Under the pieces are notes generated by a model that was not told where the DNA came from, did not search any database, and was given only the letters and a program-made list of their open reading frames with translations. 64,000 bases of DNA, taken from Thalia democratica. Lineage: Eukaryota. A program made the translations under genes and the position numbers. Of the stretch, positions 11,301 through 24,593 are shown piece by piece (the first letter of the stretch is position 1; every line of letters begins with the position of its first letter). The stretch spans positions 26,412,001 through 26,476,000 of the forward strand of contig OZ241832.1 of NCBI GenBank assembly GCA_965202585.1. Direction: 5' to 3'.

Positions 11301-14300
11301 ATGTCTATGTTATTAACAGAAGAAATAATAGAAAATAAAAGTTTGTATAATTTTAACAGCAGTCAGTTGTAATTTTATCGCAGAGCAAATACTTTGTTGA
11401 ACAAGTTAGAACAGAATGTTATAATGTGTGCGAGGAGGGAACATGTTCGATTAAAACTAAAAAGGTTTAATTTAAATGCTATAAGTATCAATGAAATTCA
11501 ACAATTTCTTAATAAAGAAAATAAAAGAAAAAAAAAACATTTATAATATTTATCTCATCTAAATTAACTATTTTCTTTTTATATTTTCTAATTGTAATGT
11601 TAATAATTTTATTTCCATACGCCTCCCCCCGGACAAACCATTTATTTCTTTTTTATTATTTTTATACACATGTTGTAACATTTATAAACAATGCTTCAGG
11701 AAGGTCATTTATTTGGTTTTACCTACTTGCGGATGTGCGTTTACTACTTCTTTTTTGTATGTACTAAGTTATCACCTTTTATAATAAAGAAATAAGATCA
11801 AACTCATTAATGAGTTCTTCGTAAATTTTACTTTTTTTTTTGTGTTTTGTTTATTTTTAGTTCAATATAATTTTATTTTAATTTCACTCTTTATTGTTCA
11901 GTTTAGGTGGCTCAGAGTTTTATGCCTGAGTCCAAAATTGCACAAAAAACGACATTTGAAACAAAATAAATTTTAATATTAATAATAATAACAACAGTTA
12001 TCTACATTTTATCCTAATCTAATGAATTGTTAATATTTTTTTTCGCAATTTAGACGGCTAAAAACTTAAAACTATTTTTAGACATTTTTTTTTTATTTGC
12101 TTATTTACATTATAGCTAATACTAAGCATTACTTTTTTCTGCAAATTTTCTAACTGAACAACTGCTTATCTTAATATTTGTATAGTATATAAATATAGAA
12201 TAACTAATTGTTATTATATCAAATACATACCCTTTTCATTATAAGTCCATATGATGCAGACATTACGAAAGTTGGAATTAAATATAAGACTACAAAATTT
12301 ATAATGAGAAAACGTTTCCAAATTTGATGGGCATTAAAATAGTTGCAATGTGTTGAAGTGGGTTTTTCACTTATAAAAAAATCAGATAAATCTTCTGTTT
12401 TGTTGTCGCCGTAAGTGTATTCAAAGTAAGAGACATTGTAATCAACATATGTATATTGACTGTCGTTATAGCTCGTGTATATTTTATCAAAATCATTTTC
12501 ATACACTAAATTATTGATCTCTTCAATGTTCGTTTTATTTCTGTAAGTTTCATTACATAAAGTTACAACAAAGCTTTGTACTAAACAAGTTTTTTTTAAA
12601 GTATTTAGTATAAGCAAAATTGTTTGAAAGTATTTTAATATTAACATTTATTAACTCTAAAGCACTTTCGTTTCCTGTAAAAAGTTCAGAAAACTTTTTT
12701 GCGTTATTGTTTTAGTAATTAGATTATTTTATTTTATATTTTTCTTTTAGATTTCTACTAAAATTGTTGTAGATATCATAAAAGTAATTTCTGAACTAAA
12801 AATCCTTAACATCTTCCAAGTTTTCTCTACTTCTAAAAACTTATTATTCATATTGAAGTTAAATTTCAGGCAATTTTACAGACTAACTTGCAGCTTATGG
12901 ATTGTATTTGTAGTAATTTCTTATAATTTCCAATACAAGCTGTGTAGTTTTCTGCGTAAGAGCACCATTTTGAACTTTCTTGATTTTCAGAAAATTTATT
13001 GCTTAATTGAAACCTAGTCAGCAGTGTAAATATTATAAACCTATCTTAAATTACTTAGTAACTTACTTAGTAAGTTGATTGTTGAGTTATTATTACGCTT
13101 CACTAACACTTGTGTTTATTACAAATTTTTTTCAAACTAATAAAATTAAACGAACCCGCATTTACAATTAGGATAAAGCCCTGTACTTCTTGTATTTTTA
13201 ATAACTGGAATACAGCGTAATAGAGCAATTATCCAAACGCACAATATTATGATAGTTACTGAAGATTTTTTTCTAAATTTCTTTAAACGAATTGAAAACG
13301 ACTGACAAACTGCTATGTATCGGTCTAAACTCATCACCTGTCATCACAAGTTGCTACTATTTAAATAAATTTATTGTTTAACATAATTTAAACAGTCAGA
13401 TCGCCCTACAAAATTTAGTTATTTAAAAGAATAGTCACTTGTAAAAAGGTTTGTAAGACTGTTTTGATTTTTTTTGACCACCATTTTTTAAAACATAAGA
13501 ATTATTTTTCATATAAAAACTTTAAACTAAATTGCACTAAGACTTTAAAAAAAACTTAATAACAGCAATGTACAAGTTTTAAAAAGTTAGCTAAAACTGT
13601 TCACTAACCACAAGAAACAATACTGAGGCGTTGTAGTTTAAGTAAACTACTGTTTCTTTAGCAGAGCACATAAAATCGGGTAAGTTCCAACTTTGATTTA
13701 TATCTTCATAAACTTTTAATGGAATAGTAAGTAAAAACAGCGTATCAGCTATTGCAAGTTGTAATACATACCTGCGTGAATAAATAAATAAAAATATTCA
13801 GTTACTACTTTGTATCGTAAAATGAATTAAATTAAAGCACCGAGTTAAGATAAGTGAACTGTTGAATTTTTAGTTCGTTAATTAAATTACACTTTAAAAA
13901 AATATTAGGTTTTAAGTTGTATTTTGAATAGTAGGCAAATTTTTATTGAAAAATTTTATAAGTTTTAAAGTTCTTACAACATTTAATTTTGACAGATAGT
14001 CTAATAATTATAACAAAAAGTTTTTTTTTCTTAAACTTAGTTGTAAATATTAAGTTCAAAATTTGGGAATTAAACAACAGTATCATTTAAATTGCGTACC
14101 ATGTTTCTAGTATAAGTTAATTAAAAAACGACTAAATTATTTACAAAATTTTATTAAAATTAGCAGTTAAAAAGTCTAAACTATTGATATAAAAAATCAA
14201 GCACAAAACCTAAAGTTTTAAATCTGTAATGAGTAATTTAGTAGTTTATATTTATCAAGTACATATTCAAACTTATATCTAGGAAAACTAACATATGTAG

Positions 14301-14440
14301 AACAGATGTTTTGTATTCCTTCAACACCAAAATGATTAAAATACTCAATCCGTTTCCAACTAATCCAATTAAAGAAACTAGAAGTGATATTACTGCTTTA
14401 ATAATAAACATAACAAATGAGTTGTATTCATAAACAAGAT
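8191..14440 (-). CDS. Multi-exon rhodopsin-class GPCR, somatostatin/opioid/galanin receptor-like; N-terminal exon not located
   Basis: Exons join with GT-AG boundaries and compatible phases: TM1 (IGLVGNGLSIL), TM2 (LAIADTLFLLTIP), TM3 (MSLDRYIAVC), TM4 (CVWIIALL), TM5 (FVVLYLIP), TM6 (FIVCWFPFH), TM7 (LAYLNSLLNPLFH). Confidence 0.9.
9611..9723 (-). CDS. GPCR exon: TM7-helix 8
   Basis: TAACAG acceptor. EHKCVILSTMGTLLAYLNSLLNPLFHTFLVTDFSKRW. The donor is at 9610 (phase 2) or 9605, or the frame reads through. Confidence 0.85.
9983..10527. repeat. 30-bp perfect inverted repeat pair (9983-10012 and 10498-10527) bracketing the Penelope fragment
   Basis: ataccaattcaatgagaaacacattctaag and its exact reverse complement. 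Confidence 0.9.
10223..10491 (-). mobile_element. Penelope-like element GIY-YIG endonuclease 3' fragment, inside a GPCR intron
   Basis: CSYDKSIQYIGFTLRPLVDRVKEYLKGKTAVSDHNSNCNVCKNE, then after a frameshift FETLISEALLIKRYNQILNRK...LRIFD*. This matches the PLE YIG-T-R-L motif and the EALLI...LN C-terminus. Confidence 0.8.
10685..10894 (-). CDS. GPCR exon: ICL3-TM6
   Basis: 210-nt phase-0 exon: VKQTNIQ...KNRTNEICITLVVTFIVCWFPFHVWHLTRLTGTSISINK. CAG acceptor, GTGATT donor. Confidence 0.85.
12231..12540 (-). CDS. GPCR exon: ECL2 (Tyr/Asp-rich) to TM5; 5' boundary uncertain
   Basis: NKTNIEE...YTYVDYNVSYFEYTYGD...HCNYF...FLIINFVVLYLIPTFVMSASYGLIMKR, with a GTATGT donor. A phase-2 TACAG acceptor at 12541 was assumed; the strong-looking acceptor at 12675 gives no open frame. 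Confidence 0.75.
12888..13013 (-). CDS. GPCR putative exon: first part of ECL2
   Basis: 126-nt open frame, phase 2 to phase 2, between a TAG acceptor and a GTTAGT donor: FQLSNKFSENQESSKWCSYAENYTACIGNYKKLLQIQSISC. Confidence 0.55.
13156..13337 (-). CDS. GPCR exon: DRY motif to TM4
   Basis: CAG acceptor. VMSLDRYIAVC...CVWIIALLRCIPVIKNTRSTGLYPNCKCG. Phase-2 GT donor. Confidence 0.9.
13609..13771 (-). CDS. GPCR exon: TM2-TM3
   Basis: CAG acceptor. YVLQLAIADTLFLLTIPLKVYEDINQSWNLPDFMCSAKETVVYLNYNASVLFLV. GTTAGT donor. Not in the ORF track. Confidence 0.9.
14293..14440 (-). CDS. GPCR exon: TM1-ICL1
   Basis: CAG acceptor. LVYEYNSFVMFIIKAVISLLVSLIGLVGNGLSILIILVLKEYKTSVLH. Phase-2 GTTAGT donor fits the next exon. 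Confidence 0.85.
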
Positions 14441-15797
14441 CTGTGTTTTAATTATTCAGAAAGTAGTATTTTTTGTTGTATAGTTTAACCTATCAGTAGT
14501 TATTTAAAGATTTATAGGTGTTTATTAATTAGCAATCGTTCAAACACTATTTTGTTAAACACAACAGTCTTGCGAATGAAGCTGAAAAACGTTTTATCAC
14601 ATAAACTTTCTCAAAATAACTTGCTATTGTCCTCTAAATATGATTTAAAATTTATCATATTGAAACTATTTTAAAATAAGTTTACTTGATGCAAAAAAGA
14701 AATAATTTTAAAAATTAAAAAAGTATGTACTTTACACCTTTGCTATCGTAAACAATATAATTTTAAAAAGATTAGTTTTGATTTTGACTTAGTATTTTGT
14801 TTAATTGAAACAACAGTGTAGAATAGCTTCGATACGCCGTTATAACAAAATAAAGTTTAAAGTATGTTATTTTTAGGAAATGTCACAGTTTATTTATCCC
14901 TTTTTCATTTTTTTACTCTCTTAAAATTTTAAAGTTATATTCTTGTAAGTTAAAGACATACCACTTTTTACAACTATTAATAAAAAAATATAATATTTTT
15001 TTTATATTTCAATAAAAGTACTATCATAGCTTAATCCTATAAAATATTTACGAAAAAATCTTAGCAACGTTTTTATTAAAACATAACAGTTTGTAATACG
15101 GTTTAATTCCTTAACATTGTTTAATAAATTTATTTTATCATTCAAAAGTCAATTTAGGCTTAAAATAAACAACAAAACTAAGAATTTCTTTGAAAATTAT
15201 TAATGTAACATGTAGTATAACATTACAGTAACAAAAACAAATATTTTTTTAGTTATACTTTTATAAAGTGTTTTTCATTAAGATAAAAATGTTACACATA
15301 ATATCAATATTAAATCTTCAATCGTTTAAGCTTTAATAATTTTAAACATTTATTACTAAGTAATTATAGTTGTTAAAATAAATACTAAATACTAATCAAC
15401 AAATACTGCATAAAATATATATTAACTGTTAACAAAAATAACTATACTTATAAAAATTTAAGCCTTAAAACTAAAACCATAATAAAATAGGTATGCGTAT
15501 GACTATGTTTTATCAAAACTTTAAATGAAAAAAGAATTTAATGTTCAAACAACTAGAATAGAAAAGTATCTTTTTGTAAAATGTAGATACTTATTTAAAG
15601 GCATACAAAATGTTTATGATAGTTTTCAAAAATATTTGCATGTTTAATTAAGAACTTGACAAGTGACATCAAAACAATTTGTTTAAACATTTTGAAAAAC
15701 AAACAATAACTTAGTAAATTTAAAAATTGATTAATAAGTAAAAATAATGAAACCTTACTTACTTACAGCATTTATAAAAAGCATACATTACGGTATA

Positions 15798-15826
15798 GCT
15801 CCTTACAAAAATATTTTGTAAGGAGC
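15798..15826. repeat. Perfect 13-bp stem, 3-nt loop hairpin
   Basis: gctccttacaaaa-ata-ttttgtaaggagc. Confidence 0.9.
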
Positions 15827-17517
15827 AAATTTCAAACTTAATCAAATAAAAACTGTTCTATACAAACAAATTAATAAATACTTAAACTATAACTAGATAT
15901 ACTTTTCAATTAAAAAGTTTTTACCATCAATGGTAAAACTTTAATGCAACGTCAATTCAATACAGTTTAGTTCATATTTAAAGACACTTAAAAAATTTAA
16001 ACTTTAAAAATGTTTATTTTTATCAAAAGCTTTTAAAAGTTATCAATCATTTTACGTTTTACTAACACAAGCATTGCTACAAAAACATCAAGCTGTTTCT
16101 TTCAATTTCATGCAAAAGAAGTTTAAATTTGTTGATTTTTAAAGTTTATTGTTGTGTTACACATTTATAAAGTATGATTTTAATGTAAAATTTTCTTTAT
16201 TACTCGAATTTAATGTAGAATAAAAGCGTTATGGATATTTAAGTATAAACTAAAAGGGTTTATAAGTAGAGTTTTTTGTTATTATTGAATTGGTGTTAGC
16301 AGCTGCTTACTGTTACAACTTAAAAAATAGGTTAATATTAATATTGAATTTTATACTAATAGCACTTAGTTTTTAAAATATTTTTTTACTTTAAAAAATT
16401 AAGTACATATTGTATTTGTTGTATCGTTGTTTGCAAAGTAACATTTCAAGACTAAATATTAATGATTTTCAAAATAAATTAATATTGTTTTTAATAAATA
16501 AATTACGTTTTAAAAACATTGTTTACTTTATGTTGAATAAGTTTGTTTTTATTTGTTTAACAATTTGCACTTGTTTGACAATATAATAAATTAAACTGCA
16601 TGTATGCAGTTTAAGCTAAAAATGTCTTTTTTTTTTAATTATTTTATTATTAAAATATAAATTTATTATACATAGATAATTAATATATTTCTATAAAAAA
16701 ATTACAAAAAAGAACTACATAGTCATGTTTTCTAAGATTAAACATACTCAAAAATATAGTCTTTATGCGTTTTTAGTAAAAGATAAAAACAAAACAGTTA
16801 TTGGAGTTAGTTGAAAATTTTAAAATTCTATGTTATTACATTACCATTATAAATATCTGAAGTTTTATCAGCTTAAATAGTTAAGTGAATTTTTTAAGTA
16901 TTCTTATGGAACTTACAGGAAAAGTTTTATTAACATATACTGAAAACATTAAAAATACATTTTAAAAAACAGTAAAGTGTTAGTCAGCAGAAGTATAATA
17001 TTAACACGTAAATAAGAATGTAAAATTTTATTATAAGTTGTATGACATTTAACAACTTGCATGCAAACTTATCTGCATAAAAACTTTGTTCATGTTAAAA
17101 AATTTGAACGTTGATTTGTAAAATGAATTATCAGCATCTGTAACTAAGTTGTATAGAACAAAATAAAAAGCTTACGCTACCTGAATCAATTGCTTAAATT
17201 GGACCTATATCTATTATAATTTACTTATTAAGTTTGATACACTTGACGAACATAAGTTGTAGGTTAATGAAATACTTGTATAAATGTAGACAAGCTTAAA
17301 CTAAATTTTAAGAAAAATTAAAGTTTAATGCACAAAGTTGTTAAAAAATTAAAAACTAGTTTTTTTTTCTAAACAACATAAAGGTCAACTTTTATTTAGT
17401 TTTATTGTTTTTATGAAATATTAATACAACAACATATTATTTTTTATTTCAATAAGCATGTAGATACTAAACTTAATATAAAAACTTATAATCATTACAT
17501 AACTGCATTGTACTAGT

Positions 17518-19786
17518 CAGTGGCGTCGCGTGGTATTTTTTTTAGGTGGTGCAGAATTTAAAAAAATATCAATTATTTTAATAGAAATATGATTTTACTG
17601 TCAAGTTTGAAAACAACTGAACTTTTGCTACACCTGAAGATAAGCTTTGCTTTTAAGGGCATAGGGGGGATGAAACAATTTGATCTTATTTTATGTAGTT
17701 TTTACTAAGCTACAAGATGCTTTTTACAGATTTTAAAAATTCAGTATATGTTTTAAGATATAGCCGGTCAAAGTCAAAGGCAACAAAAGGTTCATAATGG
17801 GAGGCACATACTAACAGTGTTTAAAATAATGTTTTACCCCCCCCCCCCCTTTATGCCCTTAACATCTACTTTAGAATTATTTTACTGAAATTACTTTATA
17901 CAGTTTTAATTTAACTACAAGTCATCTTTTATCAATATAAAAAATTCTTAAAATTTTTGAGATATGGTAATTCACAGTCAGAGGTACAAATGAATCCTTA
18001 TTTTTATAATATAAACTCAAACAACAAATAAATCATTTCACTAAAATCATATCTTTTTTTTTATAAGTTGGCCTCGAAATCTTTAGATGTTTCTTTTATA
18101 AAACAAAAAAAAATTGCTAAATTAGATATTTAAAACACCAAGAAAAAAAAAGTTATAACAAAAGTTTTTTTTTTGTATATATAAAAATATATATTGATAC
18201 TTAAAACTTAAACTTCTCTTCAACAAAAGTATAAAGTTTTAAAAAAATTAGGATGAAAAAGTTTAATTAAAAATTGTTTTAAAAATGATGGAGAATATAG
18301 GTTTTCAGTAAAATTGTATTTTTTGCTGTTTTGGTTTGCTCCTTGTATAATAAACCATTGTACTCTCTGGCTTTGACTGGTTGTAACTAAAAGTTTAATT
18401 GGAAATTTCAAGTTTATTAAAAAGTAACTATTAGCTTTCTGAAAAAGTTAAAACAAGAACAACATGTAAAAAAGTGCCTATACACCCTCCCCCCTTACTC
18501 CTCACTAATTTGCACATTTTTTTTTACGAACATTAACATTTTTATTAACTTTTTTTCTAATTTTAATGTTTTTTTTTGGAGGTTTAAAATTCAATAGTTT
18601 TTTAAGGGTATCTTTTCTTTATTTAATATTTATTTGTTTTTCATTTTGATGACAGTATTTTTCTCAGGAGCTCAACTTTTTTAAGTTTAGTTGTGAGGCT
18701 GTTGAACTTTTCAAGAATTTTGAAGATAATTTATAAATATGTAACCATTATAGAAGTAAAAGTTTGGTTAGTTAGTTTTCATGTTGCCATAGGGGTAAAA
18801 CACTTGTTTTTTAATTTTAAATAACCTTGTTATTTTCAGAGTAAACATTAAAACTGCTTTAGTCAGCCTGAATATTTTTCTAATTTGGTCTGTTTTAATT
18901 TATCTTGGGTCATCTTGAGTTTTTAACATTTCTAAGTTATCCTGATTATGAGGCAAGGCAACTATGTTTCAACAATTTTATCTAAAATTTTTGCTTTGTT
19001 TATGAAAAAATTAAACCAAAAGTCATATAAAGTAGAGGTAGACTAAATTTTCCTAAAATGTTAAACTACTCTAAGTAATCAAAGTTTCTAAATTAAGGCT
19101 ATTTACTTTATTTAAATATGTGATTGTTTCAATAATGCTATTTTTTATTTAATATAAATCTAAAATATTTTTCTGTAAGAGTGAACTAGAAGTTTATAAT
19201 AAACTTCTTAATTCTTTTTTTCAGAACTTGAATTTTATTATTTATTTTATTAACTTTATGATAACAATAATCAGTTATAGTTAAGTTTATGTATGCAGAT
19301 TAAAATAAAAAATCAAATTTTTAAGACTTTGGTGATTTAGGGTTTTTATCTTTTTTTTCAAAATATGCAATTTATGACAAATCTTTTAATAGAAGTGATC
19401 TGTTAAATTTAAAAAATCATGTGGGTACATAAACTCAAGTTTAATCCTTTGCAGTAGCTTGCTTTGTTTTTATTTTATGTTTACAATAGCTTGTAGATGA
19501 TACTTAAGCAAGTACTGTTTTAGGGAATTTTCAACTTAGCTTACTTACCGCAAGATATTGATTTTGCGGTAATTCTTGAAGAAATTTTGCTTTTTTGAGT
19601 TCATTTGCGGCAGTCAGCTAAGAGTTTGCGGCAGTGAAGTGGGCAAAATGGTCGTTTTCAAAATTGAAGTTTTAAAAGAGATTTCGTTCAAAAAACAACA
19701 AAAACGTTATAGATACTTATTTTTTTTCTTAGAAAATTTCAAGGTGGTGCAGTTGCGGCAGTGCAACACCCCACGCGACGCCCCTG
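17518..19786. mobile_element. Non-autonomous hAT-type DNA transposon (~2.27 kb)
   Basis: 16-bp TIRs CAGTGGCGTCGCGTGG / CAGGGGCGTCGCGTGG. Perfect 8-bp TSD GTACTAGT at 17510-17517 and 19787-19794. Repeated subterminal TGCGGCAGT motifs at the right end. Confidence 0.9.
17657..17858. mobile_element. TTAA-targeting MITE (Kolobok/piggyBac-like) nested in the hAT element
   Basis: TIRs GGGCATA(A)GGGGGG in inverted orientation, with TTAA on both sides (17653-17656 and 17859-17862). Confidence 0.8.
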
Positions 19787-22700
19787 GTACTAGTTAGTTT
19801 CCGTAAACAAACTTAAAACGAGTTTATTTACATGTAACGGAAAATCAAGTTTGTTTTTTTAAATATATCAGTACTTTATGGCTATTGTAAAAATTAAAGT
19901 ACTGTTTTAAATATGGAAATATTTGAACATAAAAGTATTTCTTCATTATTATTAATGCGTTTAAGAATAATATAACAATACTTCAGATTAATTAGTAAGG
20001 AAAAGTAAATTTTAATGCGAGTTTAAGTTAACCCTCTAGAAAAGAAAGCTTAGTACAAAAAACTAACAACAAATAATTTAAGCAGTTTGTAGTTAAAAAG
20101 CTAGATATATTATTTTTTATTTCTTTAGGGTACTTAAAGTAAGGATGTTTATTTATTGTAAATACAAAAACAAACTTGCTTAAAATTGAATGTACTTTGT
20201 TAATGTAGTAAATCTCTTATGTTAGTTCTTAAATTTTTGTAAGAAATATATTTCAAACACTACTTAAAAAAGTAATTTATAGAAGAACTTAAGTAAATAC
20301 AGATCATAATAGTTAAAAAATTTAAAAAGAAATTAAATTCATGTATTTTAATAAACTTACGGAATATTGATAATTAAAATAGATAAATTATATTTATGTA
20401 TGAATACTAAAAGTAAAATGACAAACGCAAAAACTATTACTTCAAAAATAAACTGTACTGCTTCTATTAGTCAACATAAATTTGAGATCTAAAGGTTAAG
20501 TGAGCTGTAATCAGAAAAATATTATCAATCAGTAGAATGTATTATATTTTAAAAACTTTAGTTGCAGCTTTCGACCAGCTTCTATAAATTTAAATCTTTT
20601 TTTGTATTCTAAAATAATTAAAACTTTTTAAATTTCATAAGCTTTCATCTGCTTTTTTTTTGCGTTTATGTTACTGCAATTAATGCTTATACTGTTATTA
20701 GTTTTGTTTAATTAAACTTCTCTACAAGCAGTTGAAAAACGGTTTTGTCATATTTTAAACCATGTTTACACTGTATCTTTTAAATTAAAATAAACTCTAG
20801 TTATAAAACTATTTGAAAAATTACTTTTAATGTTAAAATACTTTAAACATTATCAACTTATAACAAAACAATTCTTTAGAATTAAAAAAAGATTCGTAGG
20901 TTTTTCAATAATAGTTAAAGTACAATTTTATACTGGTGAAAATCAAGTTATCTTTTAAACCTATTTTGATAGAACAAGATCAATTGTCAATTTTAAACTT
21001 GTTTTAAAATTAAAATGTTTTTTAATCAATTTATTTCTTTTTTTAATATATTCTAAGATAAACTCTAATATGTAATAATAGTTTATAAAAAACAGTAGAT
21101 GTATCAAACTTATAAAATCTTCGTTATAATAATAAAATAATTTACCTTACGTTAACATTTTTAAATAAGTACTTCTTTTACTACCATTATATTAACAAAA
21201 TTATAACTTTTTGTATCTTTAGATGTAAAGATACGGTTTTAATATGTTACTTTTTGATAATTTTGAAGCAGTTTTAAACTCCGTAATTAAATTCTAATTT
21301 GTTTAAGTAGTCTAGCGTTTAGTTTTACTCTAGTAATGCCTGTTTAATTCGAACTTTTGTACTAATCACGGTGTTTTTTTTTAATTTTTAAATAAAAAAT
21401 ACCTTAAACTTCAAATAAGGTACAGAAAAATTATATTATAATTCTATAAAATAAATAAAAATTATAAAACATCCAATACATAAAAATTGTTATTTTTTCA
21501 ATTTATTCAACAACAAATGATTGAGTACAATTTTGAAACAAAAACGTTGAATCTTTTGTAACTTAAGCAAAAATTTTCTTTATAAACGAAAAATAACTAA
21601 ATATTATTAAGAATAAAAAATGGTCATTTTATATTTGGTAATGTAACAAAAACAACAAAAAATTAAATTTCCATTAAATTGTTATTCGTTCGGTGAATTT
21701 GTCATTTAATAATATCAGACTCTTTTTGTTCGAAGCTTCTTTAACAATACAAACTTTTATTAAAAAGAAAAGTATTTCTATCCATTTTACACCAAAAGCA
21801 GCTTACATTTATCCTAATGAAAACTTTTTTCAAAAAAACTTATATTTTTTTTAATTTTATATTAAATTAATGTTTTCAGGTTTAAGGTTTAAATCTTTTT
21901 TGTTTAAGATAAAAAAAATCAATTTTGTTCAAATACTATTGTGGTTATTATAAATTCTACGATCAACAAACATAAAAAAAAAGTTTTAGTTTATAATCTA
22001 TTAAGTTTAACTGCATAACTATCAAAGTTAAATTGAGTCGACATAAAATCATAATAGAATGGTTAAAGGTAACTATATTAAAATAAATAAATTAAGAAGT
22101 TTTTACTTGCATGATTGTTTTTATGTTTGCGTCCTTGTACATGTTTCGACTAATGTATAAGAAAAAATAATATATGCAAACATAATTGTTTTATTATTCA
22201 CAATTTAATTGCAGTATTGATGACTACCGTGAAACTGCAATTCATAAAGAAGTTCTGAATTTTTCAGTTTATTAATGGTATAGTTTTTCTTCTTAGTTTA
22301 CGGTTTAGATGCTTTTATACTCACTTTTGAGTGAGCAATTTTTCGAAGCTTATGTATACAAAGTTTTTTCAAACAAGACAAACCACAAACAGGTATTTAT
22401 ATGTCATTTTACCTCCCTTTCGAGTGACAATTTTAAAGTTGTCTAAAACTATATACTACTTTCTTTTTCTTTATAAGTTGTTTTTACATTGTCATGTGAG
22501 CTTGATTTGTTTATTAGTTTAGTTATACTAGTCTTGTTAACTTGTTTTTGAATAAACTTAAACGGTAAGAATATACTTGTAGTTTGTATTATTTTTCTCC
22601 TTTAGATTCGCTAATTTACTGTTCATTTAATAGTAAATTCTTAGATTTTTTTAAAGTTTATATAAGTGTACCTTAGGTAGGACAATTAAAGGAAACTTAA

Positions 22701-23069
22701 ACTACAGTACTTAAAATAAGTTACTTAAACGATATACATAAGTAAAAGTTAAAAAAAACTACTTTATTTAAGTCATGAGTATTTTTTAATGCTATACGGC
22801 TTAAATCTAAATTTATTAAGGATTGAAAATTAAACCTATTTTGTTAGTTATAACCAGTAAAAGTATTACTTTTTTTTCGTAAGATAAAATTCATTAAGTA
22901 CATAAGATTGCCGACTAGAAATCTTGTTTAAGCGTTCTAATTTACTAGTAAGTGTTTCGGCTGCGGTTTTAAATAGTTATTTATGTATTTTTAGGGTTTA
23001 CCTGATTCAACAAAATTAGTTTGGATTTTTAAGTTTGGATTTCTAAAAATTTCAGTCAGCGATTGTAAA

Positions 23070-23335
23070 TAGGGTATAATTTAATTTTCAAATCAAGATT
23101 CGCCTGGATTAGATCATCTAGTTTTTCAAATACCTTTCCCGGTTTATTTAAAATAGTTTAAGCTTTGCTGGTATATGAAGTCTAAGTTTCAACATTCTCC
23201 GAAAAATTTTATAAAAACATTTATGGCTCTTCATTAAAAACTCCAGATTTCTAGAACTCAAATTTCAAAAGATATCTAGTTAAATTTTCGTACCGGATCC
23301 GTAAATTTAATATCCATTCTAAAGCTTGATAAAAT
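23070..23335. mobile_element. Decayed MITE remnant of a GGATCCG/GATTCG-motif family
   Basis: Carries gattcgcctggatt and ccggatccg motifs resembling 38870-39064 and 42173-42300. Termini are unclear. Confidence 0.35.
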
Positions 23336-24407
23336 TAATTAATTAAATACAAGCCAGTAAATTTAGTGCATTACAGTACTAGTACATAAACTGTTATTCC
23401 TGACAATTTTAACCTGTTTTTTAAAAACAACATTTTAACCCTAGCCCACCTTACTTAAGAAACATCTAATAAAAGTATTTTTAGTTAATTTAATAAAACT
23501 AACAATAAACACATATTTTAGCATTACTACTGCAACCAGCTCTTTAAAATTATTGTTAACATTTTAGTATACTAATAAACTGTCTGTATACGTTTATTAA
23601 ACAAAAAGTATGAACTAAAATCTAACAAAATTTTATCCAATTTATGTTTTTAGTGAAAATGACAAGATTAAAACTAAAAAAACTAGCAATGAAGTAAAAA
23701 TCATCTAAACCTTAATGTGGTTTCTGAATTTGGTATAAAAAGGTATCAGATACGTATATAATAAATCAATTACTAATTAAAAAGTGTAGTTTTTAAACAA
23801 ACAGAAGCTATCTGATTGTAAAGTTATTTAACTCTAAGTAACAATTCATATAATTACTAAACACTTAATAGTAGTAAACTTCTTGTTTAATTGTATGCAC
23901 ATTTAAACAATTACTAAAGTAACCAACATTTTTAATACGCCCCTACCGTATAACAAATTGTATTAAAAAAGCTTAGTTTTGCAGTATTTGACGGTAATTT
24001 GTACTAAACTACAAAAACAAAATGCTTTTTAAAATAGATTTGAAAACTAAAACAAGGTTTAATAATAAAAAAACTTTTTATTTTTGTAGTGGTAAATTAG
24101 CTTTAAAGAAATAAAATCTTTTTTAAAGACCATATAGATGGTTTATTTAAAAATTTTAGTATTTTTATTGATCTGTGAAGAATTAGCCTAAGTAAAACAT
24201 TCGTTTTCATTAAAAGGTAAAATCTTTTTTTTCGTTCTGAGCGGTTGTACAGACTTTTGAAAACTAGTTTAAAATCATTACTAATCTTTTCATGCCAGTA
24301 AATTTAGAATACATAAACATTTTTACTTCAAACACATCTTTAATTTTAAAAAACTTTAGAACTTTTTATTTAAACTTAGTTGTAGATAAGCAGCTGTTAA
24401 TATAAAT

Positions 24408-24455
24408 AAATATATATATTTATATATATTCATATATATATTCATATATATATAA
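24408..24455. repeat. Interrupted (TA)n microsatellite
   Basis: Directly visible; lies immediately left of the palindrome. Confidence 0.9.
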
Positions 24456-24545
24456 TAAGGTTGTTATTTAAACTTAAACACCTTCCACTGAGCTACTTTT
24501 GAAGGGCTTTTAAATAATTTATTAAAAAAGTAAGATTTCAAAAAT

Positions 24546-24593
24546 ACTGGTACATGTGTTTCATAAGACTAGACGCCTTAATCTTCAGCCAGC
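24546..24593 (-). ncRNA. Minimal type I hammerhead ribozyme motif (inverted partner)
   Basis: Minus strand reads GCTGG CTGAAGA TT AAGGC GTCTA GTCTT AT GAAA CACATGT A CCAGT. Confidence 0.8.

Noticed and set aside
11600-11960. GC-richer patches in a GPCR intron resembling retroelement 3' ends
   Set aside because: No translatable motif, poly-A tail or TSD could be established.
12590-12674. Alternative GPCR exon start at the strong acceptor 12675
   Set aside because: All three phases hit stops before joining the TM5 frame unless an indel in the A8 run is assumed. Left unresolved.
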